Below are positions 1 to 13,038 of a DNA stretch of 64,000 nucleotides, piece by piece. Position 1 is the stretch's first letter. Each line of letters begins with the position of its first letter. The DNA lies in NCBI GenBank assembly GCA_964057225.1, contig OZ059900.1, positions 2,480,001-2,544,000 of the forward strand, read 5' to 3'. Below the pieces are notes generated by a model. It saw only the letters and a program-made list of their open reading frames with translations, made no database searches and was not told the DNA's origin. The DNA comes from Auanema rhodensis. Taxonomy: Eukaryota; Animalia; Nematoda. Made by a program: the position numbers and the translations under genes.

Positions 1-180
1 CATTTTGATCAAAAAAGGTCGAAAATAGAAAGAATTTTTGAATTTTCCGAGTTTTGAGTCCAATTGGGCTAAATCGCTCATATATATGATCAAAAGCATA
101 GTTTTACTGTCTATGATAACAAAAGTCTTCAAATATACACTAATAATGATTGAATCACTGAATTTCACTCAAATAGCATT

Positions 181-528
181 ACTACACTAAGTATGGTCGT
201 TTTTATGCCTTTAACACCATATACTCACCGATTTTTGGTACAAAATCTGTAATACTCGTAAATTTTGATCATATTCGTTAAGATTTGAGAATCAAACATA
301 CAATACACAAAATCAGTCTATTTTTATGAGCTTGCACTGATATATATTCATTTTGATCAAAAAAGGTCGAAAATAGAAAGAATTTTTGAATTTTCCGAGT
401 TTTGAGTCTAATTTGGCTAAATCGCTCATATATATGATCAAAAGCATAGTTTCACTGTCTATGATAACAAAAGTCTTCAAATATACACTAGTAATGATTA
501 AATCACTGAATTTCACTCAAATAGCTTT
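181..528 (+). repeat. Reference monomer, type A tail (348 bp): ...GTCTTCAAATATACACTA(G/A)TAATGATTAAATCACTGAATTTCACTCAAATAGC
   Basis: The start motif is at 181 and again at 529. If all monomers are 347 or 348 bp, total length implies about 97 monomers of 348 bp and 86 of 347 bp. Confidence 0.95.
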
Positions 529-875
529 ACTACACTAAGTATGGTCGTTTTTATGCCTTTAACACCATATACTCACCGATTTTTGGTACAAAATCTGTGA
601 TACTCGTAAATTTTGATCATATTCGGTGAGATTCGAGAATCGAACACACAATACACAAAATAAGTCTATTTTTACGAGTTTGCACTGATATTTATTCATT
701 TTGATCAAAAAAGGTCGAAAATAGAAAGAATTTTTGAAATTTCCGAGTTTTGAGTCTAATTTGGCTAAATCGCTCATATACATGATCAGAAGCATAGTTT
801 TATTGTCTATGACAACAAAAATCATCAATTAAACGCTAGTGATGTTTAAATACTGATTTTCGCTCAAATAGCATT
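529..875 (+). repeat. Reference monomer, type B tail (347 bp): ...(G/A)TCATCAATTAAACGCTAGTGATGTTTAAATACTGA(T/A)TTTCGCTCAAATAGC
   Basis: The start motif is at 529 and 876. The tail of about 60 bp is clearly divergent from type A and net 1 bp shorter. Confidence 0.95.
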
Positions 876-3800
876 ACTACACTAAGTATGGTCGTTTTTA
901 TGCCTTTAACACCATATACTCACCGATTTTTGGTACAAAATCTGTAATACTCGTGAATTTTGATCATATTCGTTAAGATTTGAAAATCAAACACACAATA
1001 AACAAAATCAGTCTATTTTTACAAGTTTGCACTGATATATATTCATTTTGATCAAAAAAGGTCGAAAATAGAAAGAATTTTTGAATTTTCCGAGTTTTGA
1101 GTCCAATTGGGCTAAATCGCTCATATATATGATCAAAAGCATAGTTTTACTGTCTATGATAACAAAAGTCTTCAAATATACACTAGTAATGATTAAATCA
1201 CTGAATTTCACTCAAATAGCTTTACTACACTAAGTATGGTCGTTTTTATGCCTTTAACACCATATACTCACCGATTTTTGGTACAAAATCTGTAATACTC
1301 GTAAATTTTGATCATATCCGTTAAGATTCGAGAATCAAACACACAATACACGAAATAAGTCTATTTTTATGAGCTTGCACTGATATATATTCATTTTGAT
1401 CAAAAAAGGTCGAAAATAGAAAGAATTTTTGAAATTTCCGAGTTTTGAGTCTAATTTGGCTAAATCGCTCATATATATGATCAAAAGCATAGTTCTATTG
1501 TCTATAACAACAAAAGTCTTTGATTAAACGCTAGTGATGTTTTAATACTGAATTTTGCTCAAATAGCATTACTACACTAAGTATGGTCGTTTTTATGCCT
1601 TTAACACCATATACTCACCGATTTTTGGTACAAAATCTGTGATACTCGTAAATTTTGATCATATTCGGTGAGATTCGAGAATCGAACACACAATACACAA
1701 AATAAGTCTATTTTTACGAGTTTGCACTGATATTTATTCATTTTGATCAAAAAAGGTCGAAAATAGAAAGAATTTTTGAAATTTCCGAGTTTTGAGTCTA
1801 ATTTGGCTAAATCGCTCATATACATGATCAGAAGCATAGTTTTATTGTCTATGACAACAAAAATCATCAATTAAACGCTAGTGATGTTTAAATACTGATT
1901 TTCGCTCAAATAGCATTACTACACTAAGTATGGTCGTTTTTATGCCTTTAACACCATATACTCACCGATTTTTGGTACAAAATCTGTAATACTCGTGAAT
2001 TTTGATCATATTCGTTAAGATTTGAAAATCAAACACACAATAAACAAAATCAGTCTATTTTTACAAGTTTGCACTGATATATATTCATTTTGATCAAAAA
2101 AGGTCAAAAATAGAAAGAATTTTTGAATTTTCCGAGTTTTGAGTCCAATTGGGCTAAATCGCTCATATATATGATCAAAAGCATAGTTTTACTGTCTATG
2201 ATAACAAAAGTCTTCAAATATACACTAGTAATGATTAAATCACTGAATTTCACTCAAATAGCTTTACTACACTAAGTATGGTCGTTTTTATGCCTTTAAC
2301 ACCATATACTCACCGATTTTTGGTACAAAATCTGTAATACTCGTAAATTTTGATCATATCCGTTAAGATTCGAGAATCAAACACACAATACACGAAATAA
2401 GTCTATTTTTATGAGCTTGCACTGATATATATTCATTTTGATCAAAAAAGGTCGAAAATAGAAAGAATTTTTGAAATTTCCGAGTTTTGAGTCTAATTTG
2501 GCTAAATCGCTCATATATATGATCAAAAGCATAGTTCTATTGTCTATAACAACAAAAGTCTTTGATTAAACGCTAGTGATGTTTTAATACTGAATTTTGC
2601 TCAAATAGCATTACTACACTAAGTATGGTCGTTTTTATGCCTTTAACACCATATACTCACCGATTTTTGGTACAAAATCTGTGATACTCGTAAATTTTGA
2701 TCATATTCGGTGAGATTCGAGAATCGAACACACAATACACAAAATAAGTCTATTTTTACGAGTTTGCACTGATATTTATTCATTTTGATCAAAAAAGGTC
2801 GAAAATAGAAAGAATTTTTGAAATTTCCGAGTTTTGAGTCTAATTTGGCTAAATCGCTCATATACATGATCAGAAGCATAGTTTTATTGTCTATGACAAC
2901 AAAAATCATCAATTAAACGCTAGTGATGTTTAAATACTGATTTTCGCTCAAATAGCATTACTACACTAAGTATGGTCGTTTTTATGCCTTTAACACCATA
3001 TACTCACCGATTTTTGGTACAAAATCTGTAATACTCGTGAATTTTGATCATATTCGTTAAGATTTGAAAATCAAACACACAATAAACAAAATCAGTCTAT
3101 TTTTACAAGTTTGCACTGATATATATTCATTTTGATCAAAAAAGGTCGAAAATAGAAAGAATTTTTGAATTTTCCGAGTTTTGAGTCCAATTGGGCTAAA
3201 TCGCTCATATATATGATCAAAAGCATAGTTTTACTGTCTATGATAACAAAAGTCTTCAAATATACACTAGTAATGATTAAATCACTGAATTTCACTCAAA
3301 TAGCTTTACTACACTAAGTATGGTCGTTTTTATGCCTTTAACACCATATACTCACCGATTTTTGGTACAAAATCTGTAATACTCGTAAATTTTGATCATA
3401 TCCGTTAAGATTCGAGAATCAAACACACAATACACGAAATAAGTCTATTTTTATGAGCTTGCACTGATATATATTCATTTTGATCAAAAAAGGTCGAAAA
3501 TAGAAAGAATTTTTGAAATTTCCGAGTTTTGAGTCTAATTTGGCTAAATCGCTCATATATATGATCAAAAGCATAGTTCTATTGTCTATAACAACAAAAG
3601 TCTTTGATTAAACGCTAGTGATGTTTTAATACTGAATTTTGCTCAAATAGCATTACTACACTAAGTATGGTCGTTTTTATGCCTTTAACACCATATACTC
3701 ACCGATTTTTGGTACAAAATCTGTGATACTCGTAAATTTTGATCATATTCGGTGAGATTCGAGAATCGAACACACAATACACAAAATAAGTCTATTTTTA

Positions 3801-4696
3801 CGAGTTTGCACTGATATTTATTCATTTTGATCAAAAAAGGTCGAAAATAGAAAGAATTTTTGAAATTTCCGAGTTTTGAGTCTAATTTGGCTAAATCGCT
3901 CATATACATGATCAGAAGCATAGTTTTATTGTCTATGACAACAAAAATCATCAATTAAACGCTAGTGATGTTTAAATACTGATTTTCGCTCAAATAGCAT
4001 TACTACACTAAGTATGGTCGTTTTTATGCCTTTAACACCATATACTCACCGATTTTTGGTACAAAATCTGTAATACTCGTGAATTTTGATCATATTCGTT
4101 AAGATTTGAAAATCAAACACACAATAAACAAAATCAGTCTATTTTTACAAGTTTGCACTGATATATATTCATTTTGATCAAAAAAGGTCAAAAATAGAAA
4201 GAATTTTTGAATTTTCCGAGTTTTGAGTCCAATTGGGCTAAATCGCTCATATATATGATCAAAAGCATAGTTTTACTGTCTATGATAACAAAAGTCTTCA
4301 AATATACACTAGTAATGATTAAATCACTGAATTTCACTCAAATAGCTTTACTACACTAAGTATGGTCGTTTTTATGCCTTTAACACCATATACTCACCGA
4401 TTTTTGGTACAAAATCTGTAATACTCGTAAATTTTGATCATATCCGTTAAGATTCGAGAATCAAACACACAATACACGAAATAAGTCTATTTTTATGAGC
4501 TTGCACTGATATATATTCATTTTGATCAAAAAAGGTCGAAAATAGAAAGAATTTTTGAAATTTCCGAGTTTTGAGTCTAATTTGGCTAAATCGCTCATAT
4601 ATATGATCAAAAGCATAGTTCTATTGTCTATAACAACAAAAGTCTTTGATTAAACGCTAGTGATGTTTTAATACTGAATTTTGCTCAAATAGCATT
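529..4696 (+). repeat. Higher-order repeat: 3-monomer unit (1042 bp) x4, organised as a 6-mer (2084 bp) x2
   Basis: An identical 89-aa pseudo-ORF occurs at 559, 1601, 2643 and 3685 (spacing 1042). The GGTCAAAA variant occurs only in alternate trimers (2106, 4190; spacing 2084). Confidence 0.95.
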
Positions 4697-7600
4697 ACTA
4701 CACTAAGTATGGTCGTTTTTATGCCTTTAACACCATATACTCACCGATTTTTGGTACAAAATCTGTGATACTCGTAAATTTTGATCATATTCGTTAAGAT
4801 TTGAGAATCAAACATACAATACACAAAATCAGTCTATTTTTATGAGCTTGCACTGATATATATTCATTTTGATCAAAAAAGGTCGAAAATAGAAAGAATT
4901 TTTGAAATTTCCGAGTTTTGAGTCTAATTTGGCTAAATCGCTCATATATATGATCAAAAGCATAGTTTTACTGTCTATGATAACAAAAGTCTTCAAATAT
5001 ACACTAATAATGATTAAATCACTGATTTTCAGTCAAATAGCATTACTACACTAAGTATGGTCGTTTTTATGCCTTTAACACCATATACTCACCGATTTTT
5101 GGTTCAAAATCTGTAATACTTGTAAATTTTGATCATATTTGTTAAGATTCGAGAATCAAACACATAATACACGAAATAAGTCTATTTTTACAAGTTTGCA
5201 CTGATATTTATTCATTTTGATCAAAAAAGGTCGAAAATAGAAAGAATTTTTGAAATTTCCGAGTTTTGAGTCCAATTTGGCTAAATCGCTCATATATAAG
5301 ATCAAAAGCATAGTTTTATTGTCTATAACAACAAAAGTCATCAATTAAACGCTAGTGATATTTAAATACTGATTTTCGCTCAAGTAGCATTACTACACTA
5401 AGTATGGTCGTTTTTATGCCTTTAACACCATATACTCACCGATTTTTGGTACAAAATCTGTAATACTTGTAAATTTTGATCATATTCGTTAAGATTTGAG
5501 AATCGAACATACAATACACAAAATCAGTCTATTTTTACAAGTTTGCACTGATATTTATTCATTTTGATCAAAAAAGGTCGAAAATAGAAAGAATTTTTGA
5601 AATTTCCGAGTTTTGAGTCCAATTTGGCTAAATCGCTCATATATATGATCAAAAGCATAGTTTTATTGTCTATGACAACAAAAGTCATCAATTAAACGCT
5701 AGTGATATTTAAATACTGATTTTCGCTCAAGTAGCATTACTACACTAAGTATGGTCGTTTTTATGCCTTTAACACCATATACTCACCGATTTTTGGTACA
5801 AAATCTGTAATACTCGTAAAATTTGATCATATTTGTTAAGATTTGAGAATCAAACACACAATACACAAAATCAGTCTATTTTTATGAGTTTACACTGATA
5901 TATATTCATTTTCATCAAAAAAGGTCGAAAATAGAAAGAATTTTTGAATTTTCCGAGTTTTGAGTCGAATTGGGCTAAATCGCTCATATATATGATCAAA
6001 AGCATAGTTTTACTGTCTATGATAACAAAAGTCTTCAAATATACACTAATAATGATTAAATCACTGAATTTCACTCAAATAGCATTACTACACTAAGTAT
6101 GGTCGTTTTTATGCCTTTAACACCATATACTCACCGATTTTTGGTACAAAATCTGTAATACTTGTAAATTTTGATCATATTTGTTAAGATTCGAGAATCA
6201 AACACATAATACACAAAATAAGTCTATTTTTACAAGTTTGCACTGATATTTATTCATTTTGATCAAAAAAGGTCGAAAATAGAAAGAATTTTTGAAATTT
6301 CCGAGTTTTGAGTCGAATTGGGCTAAATCGCTCATATATATGATCAAAAGCATAGTTTTACTGTCTATGATAACAAAAGTCTTCAAATATACACTAATAA
6401 TGATTAAATCACTGAATTTCACTCAAATAGCATTACTACACTAAGTATGATCGTTTTTATGCCTTTAACACCATATACTCACCGATTTTTGGTACAAAAT
6501 CTGTAATACTTGTAAATTTTGATCATATTTGTTAAGATTCGAGAATCAAACACATAATACACAAAATAAGTCTATTTTTACAAGTTTGCACTGATATTTA
6601 TTCATTTTGATCAAAAAAGGTCGAAAATAGAAAGAATTTTTGAAATTTCCGAGTTTTGAGTCCAATTTGGCTAAATCGCTCATATATATGATCAAAAGCA
6701 TAGTTTTATTGTCTATAACAACAAAAGTCATCAATTAAACGCTAGTGATGTTTAAATACTGAACTTCGCTCAAATAGCATTACTACACTAAGTATGGTCG
6801 TTTTTATGCCTTTAACACCATATACTCACCGATTTTTGGTACAAAATCTGTAATACTCGTAAATTTTGATCATATTCGTTAAGATTTGAGAATCAAACAT
6901 ACAATACACAAAATCAGTCTATTTTTATGAGCTTGCACTGATATATATTCATTTTGATCAAAAAAGGTCGAAAATAGAAAGAATTTTTGAAATTTCCGAG
7001 TTTTGAGTCTAATTTGGCTAAATCGCTCATATATATGATCAAAAGCATAGTTTTATTGTCTATAACAACAAAAGTCATCAATTAAACGCTAGTGATGTTT
7101 AAATACTGAATTTCGCTCAAGTAGCATTACTACACTAAGTATGGTCGTTTTTATGCCTTTAACACCATATACTCACCGATTTTTGGTACAAAATCTGTAA
7201 TACTCGTAAAATTTGATCATATTTGTTAAGATTTGAGAATCAAACACACAATACACAAAATCAGTCTATTTTTATGAGTTTACACTGATATATATTCATT
7301 TTCATCAAAAAAGGTCGAAAATAGAAAGAATTTTTGAATTTTCCGAGTTTTGAGTCGAATTGGGCTAAATCGCTCATATATATGATCAAAAGCATAGTTT
7401 TACTGTCTATGATAACAAAAGTCTTCAAATATACACTAATAATGATTAAATCACTGAATTTCACTCAAATAGCATTACTACACTAAGTATGGTCGTTTTT
7501 ATGCCTTTAACACCATATACTCACCGATTTTTGGTACAAAATCTGTAATACTTGTAAATTTTGAACTTATTTGTTAAGATTCGAGAATCAAACACATAAT

Positions 7601-10600
7601 ACACAAAATAAGTCTATTTTTACAAGTTTGCACTGATATTTATTCATTTTGATCAAAAAAGGTCGAAAATAGAAAGAATTTTTGAAATTTCCGAGTTTTG
7701 AGTCCAATTTGGCTAAATCGCTCATATATATGATCAAAAGCATAGTTTTATTGTCTATAACAACAAAAGTCATCAATTAAACGCTAGTGATGTTTAAATA
7801 CTGAATTTCGCTCAAATAGCATTACTACACTAAGTATGGTCGTTTTTATGCCTTTAACACCATATACTCACCGATTTTTGGTACAAAATCTGTAATACTC
7901 GTAAATTTTGATCATATTCGTTAAGATTTGAGAATCAAACATACAATACACAAAATCAGTCTATTTTTATGAGCTTGCACTGATATATATTCATTTTGAT
8001 CAAAAAAGGTCGAAAATAGAAAGAATTTTTGAAATTTCCGAGTTTTGAGTCTAATTTGGCTAAATCGCTCATATATATGATCAAAAGCATAGTTTTATTG
8101 TCTATGACAACAAAAGTCATCAATTAAACGCTAGTGATGTTTAAATACTGAATTTCGCTCAAATAGCATTACTACACTAAGTATGGTCGTTTTTATGCCT
8201 TTAACACCATATACTCACCGATTTTTGGTACAAAATCTGTAATACTCGTAAATTTTGATCATATTCGGTGAGATTCGAGAATCAAACACACAATACACGA
8301 AATAAGTTTATTTTGACGAGTTTGCACTGGTATTTATTCATTTTGATCAAAAAAGGTCGAAAATAGAAAGAATTTTTGAATTTTCCGAGTTTTGAGTCCA
8401 ATTTGGCTAAATCGCTCATATATATGATCAAAAGCATAGTTTTACTGTCTATGATAACAAAAGTCTTCAAATATACACTAATAATGATTGAATCACTGAA
8501 TTTCACTCAAATAGCATTACTACACTAAGTATGGTCGTTTTTATGCCTTTAACACCATATACTCACCGATTTTTGGTACAAAATCTGTGATACTCGTAAA
8601 TTTTGATCATATTTGGTGAGATTCGAGAATCGAACACACAATACACAAAATAAGTCTATTTTTACGAGTTTGCACTGATATTTATTCATTTTGATCAAAA
8701 AAGGTCGAAAATAGAAAGAATTTTTGAAATTTCCGAGTTTTGAGTCTAATTTGGCTAAATCGCTCATATATATGATCAAAAGCATAGTTTTACTGTCTAT
8801 GATAACAAAAGTCTTCAAATATACACTAATAATGTGTAAATCACTGAATTTCACTCAAATAGCTTTACTACACTAAGTATGGTCGTTTTTATGCCTTTAA
8901 CACCATATACTCACCGATTTTTGGTACAAAATCTGTAATACTCGTAAATTTTGATCATATTCGTTAAGATTCGAGAATCAAACACACAATACACGAAATA
9001 AGTTTATTTTTACGAGTTTGCACTGATATTTATTCATTTTGATCAAAAAAGGTCGAAAATAGAAAGAATTTTTGAATTTTCCGAGTTTTGAGTCCAATTG
9101 GGCTAAATCGCTCATATATATGATCAAAAGCATAGTTTCACTGTCTATGATAACAAAAGTCTTCAAATATACACTAGTAATGATTAAATCACTGAATTTC
9201 ACTCGAATAGCTTTACTACACTAAGTATGGTCGTTTTTATGCCTTTAACACCATATACTCACCGATTTTTGGTACAAAATCTGTGATACTCGTAAATTTT
9301 GATCATATTTGGTGAGATTCGAGAATCAAACACACAATACACGAAATAAGTTTATTTTTACGAGTTTGCACTGATATTTATTCATTTTGATCAAAAAAGG
9401 TCGAAAATAGAAAGAATTTTTGAATTTTCCGAGTTTTGAGTCCAATTGGGCTAAATCGCTCATATATATGATCAAAAGCATAGTTTCACTGTCTATGATA
9501 ACAAAAGTCTTCAAATATACACTAGTAATGATTAAATCACTGAATTTCACTCAAATAGCATTACTACACTAAGTATGGTCGTTTTTATGCCTTTAACACC
9601 ATATACTCACCGATTTTTGGTACAAAATCTGTAATACTTGTAAATTTTGATCATATTCGTTAAGATTTGAGAATCAAACATACAATACACAAAATCAGTC
9701 TATTTTTACAAGTTTGCACTGATATTTATTCATTTTGATCAAAAAAGGTCGAAAATAGAAAGAATTTTTGAATTTTCCGAGTTTTGAGTCCAATTGGGCT
9801 AAATCGCTCATATATATGATCAAAAGCATAGTTTCACTGTCTATGATAACAAAAGTCTTCAAATATACACTAGTAATGATTAAATCACTGAATTTCACTC
9901 AAATAGCTTTACTACACTAAGTATGGTCGTTTTTATGCCTTTAACACCATATACTCACCGATTTTTGGTACAAAATCTGTAATACTCGTAAATTTTGATC
10001 ATATCCGTTAAGATTCGAGAATCAAACACACAATACACGAAATAAGTTTATTTTTACGAGTCTGCACTGATATTTATTCATTTTGATCAAAAAAGGTCGA
10101 AAATAGAAAGAATTTTTGAAATTTCCGAGTTTTGAGTCTAATTTGGCTAAATCGCTCATATATATGATCAAAAGCATAGTTTTACTGTCTATGATAACAA
10201 AAGTCTTCAAATATACACTAGTAATGATTAAATCACTGAATTTCACTCAAATAGCTTTACTACACTAAGTATGGTCGTTTTTATGCCTTTAACACCATAT
10301 ACTCACCGATTTTTGGTTCAAAATCTGTAATACTTGTAAATTTTGATCATATTTGTTAAGATTCGAGAATCAAACACATAATACACGAAATAAGTCTATT
10401 TTTACAAGTTTGCACTGATATTTATTCATTTTGATCAAAAAAGGTCGAAAATAGAAAGAATTTTTGAAATTTCCGAGTTTTGAGTCCAATTTGGCTAAAT
10501 CGCTCATATATAAGATCAAAAGCATAGTTTTATTGTCTATAACAACAAAAGTCATCAATTAAACGCTAGTGATATTTAAATACTGATTTTCGCTCAAGTA

Positions 10601-12128
10601 GCATTACTACACTAAGTATGGTCGTTTTTATGCCTTTAACACCATATACTCACCGATTTTTGGTACAAAATCTGTAATACTTGTAAATTTTGATCATATT
10701 CGTTAAGATTTGAGAATCGAACATACAATACACAAAATCAGTCTATTTTTACAAGTTTGCACTGATATTTATTCATTTTGATCAAAAAAGGTCGAAAATA
10801 GAAAGAATTTTTGAAATTTCCGAGTTTTGAGTCCAATTTGGCTAAATCGCTCATATATATGATCAAAAGCATAGTTTTATTGTCTATGACAACAAAAGTC
10901 ATCAATTAAACGCTAGTGATATTTAAATACTGATTTTCGCTCAAGTAGCATTACTACACTAAGTATGGTCGTTTTTATGCCTTTAACACCATATACTCAC
11001 CGATTTTTGGTACAAAATCTGTAATACTCGTAAAATTTGATCATATTTGTTAAGACTTGAGAATCAAACACACAATACACAAAATCAGTCTATTTTTATG
11101 AGTTTACACTGATATATCTTCATTTTCATCAAAAAAGGTCGAAAATAGAAAGAATTTTTGAATTTTCCGAGTTTTGAGTCGAATTGGGCTAAATCGCTCA
11201 TATATATGATCAAAAGCATAGTTTTACTGTCTATGATAACAAAAGTCTTCAAATATACACTAATAATGATTAAATCACTGAATTTCACTCAAATAGCATT
11301 ACTACACTAAGTATGGTCGTTTTTATGCCTTTAACACCATATACTCACCGATTTTTGGTACAAAATCTGTAATACTTGTAAATTTTGATCATATTTGTTA
11401 AGATTCGAGAATCAAACACATAATACACAAAATAAGTCTATTTTTATGAGCTTGCACTGATATATATTCATTTTGATCAAAAAAGGTCGAAAATAGAAAG
11501 AATTTTTGAAATTTCCGAGTTTTGAGTCTAATTTGGCTAAATCGCTCATATATATGATCAAAAGCATAGTTTTATTGTCTATAACAACAAAAGTCATCAA
11601 TTAAACGCTAGTGATGTTTAAATACTGAATTTCGCTCAAGTAGCATTACTACACTAAGTATGGTCGTTTTTATGCCTTTAACACCATATACTCACCGATT
11701 TTTGGTACAAAATCTGTAATACTCGTAAAATTTGATCATATTTGTTAAGATTTGAGAATCAAACACACAATACACAAAATCAGTCTATTTTTATGAGTTT
11801 ACACTGATATATATTCATTTCCATCAAAAAAGGTCGAAAATAGAAAGAATTTTTGAATTTTCCGAGTTTTGAGTCGAATTGGGCTAAATCGCTCATATAT
11901 ATGATCAAAAGCATAGTTTTACTGTCTATGATAACAAAAGTCTTCAAATATACACTAATAATGATTAAATCACTGAATTTCACTCAAATAGCATTACTAC
12001 ACTAAGTATGGTCGTTTTTATGCCTTTAACACCATATACTCACCGATTTTTGGTACAAAATCTGTAATACTTGTAAATTTTGAACTTATTTGTTAAGATT
12101 CGAGAATCAAACACATAATACACAAAAT
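874..12128 (+). repeat. Large block duplication, copy 1 (11,255 bp; offset 11,815 bp = 34 monomers to copy 2)
   Basis: Every ORF from 1008 to 11780 recurs with identical translation at +11815. Rare variants are shared at 6450/18265, 2106/13921, 4190/16005 and 11821/23636. Confidence 0.93.
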
Positions 12129-12342
12129 CAGTCTATTTTTATGAGCTTGCACTGATATATATTCATTTTGATCAAAAAAGGTCGAAAATAGAAAGAATTT
12201 TTGAAATTTCCGAGTTTTGAGTCCAATTTGGCTAAATCGCTCATATATATGATCAAAAGCATAGTTTTATTGTCTATGACAACAAAAGTCATCAATTAAA
12301 CGCTAGTGATATTTAAATACTGATTTTCGCTCAAGTAGCATT

Positions 12343-13038
12343 ACTACACTAAGTATGGTCGTTTTTATGCCTTTAACACCATATACTCACCGATTTTTGG
12401 TACAAAATCTGTAATACTCGTGAATTTTGATCATATTCGTTAAGATTTGAAAATCAAACACACAATAAACAAAATCAGTCTATTTTTACAAGTTTGCACT
12501 GATATATATTCATTTTGATCAAAAAAGGTCGAAAATAGAAAGAATTTTTGAATTTTCCGAGTTTTGAGTCCAATTGGGCTAAATCGCTCATATATATGAT
12601 CAAAAGCATAGTTTTACTGTCTATGATAACAAAAGTCTTCAAATATACACTAGTAATGATTAAATCACTGAATTTCACTCAAATAGCTTTACTACACTAA
12701 GTATGGTCGTTTTTATGCCTTTAACACCATATACTCACCGATTTTTGGTACAAAATCTGTAATACTCGTGAATTTTGATCATATTCGTTAAGATTTGAAA
12801 ATCAAACACACAATAAACAAAATCAGTCTATTTTTACAAGTTTGCACTGATATATATTCATTTTGATCAAAAAAGGTCGAAAATAGAAAGAATTTTTGAA
12901 TTTTCCGAGTTTTGAGTCCAATTGGGCTAAATCGCTCATATATATGATCAAAAGCATAGTTTTACTGTCTATGATAACAAAAGTCTTCAAATATACACTA
13001 GTAATGATTAAATCACTGAATTTCACTCAAATAGCTTT
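12343..13038 (+). repeat. Tandem pair of identical 348-bp monomers at the junction of the large duplication
   Basis: Monomers 12343-12690 and 12691-13038 both carry CTCGTGAATT, ATTTGAAAATC and CAATAAACAAAATC. Identical ORFs at 12475 and 12823. Confidence 0.9.

Noticed and set aside
78-92. TATATATA as a TATA box or promoter in each monomer
   Set aside because: This is expected in AT-rich repeats. There is no downstream gene or other support, and transcription cannot be inferred from the sequence alone.
6-359. An approximately 87-bp basic subunit (tetramer) suggested by TGATCA spacings of 81, 179 and 88 bp
   Set aside because: The fourth expected TGATCA near 176-185 is absent and no other motif repeats at about 87 bp. 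Only the approximately 179-bp offset has multiple colinear anchors.
181-528. Tandem RNA gene unit (5S rRNA, tRNA, snRNA, spliced leader) or rDNA spacer subrepeat
   Set aside because: I recognise no Pol III A/B/C boxes, cloverleaf, 5S or spliced-leader sequence, and 28% GC is low for these. An Infernal/Rfam scan would be the decisive test.
181-528. Assignment to a known satellite (Drosophila 1.688/359-bp, Tribolium satellites, alpha satellite, CEN178) or a CENP-B box
   Set aside because: The similarity is only in length and AT content. I see no recognisable sequence match and no TTCG-n4-A-n2-CGGG motif. Naming the family needs a database search.
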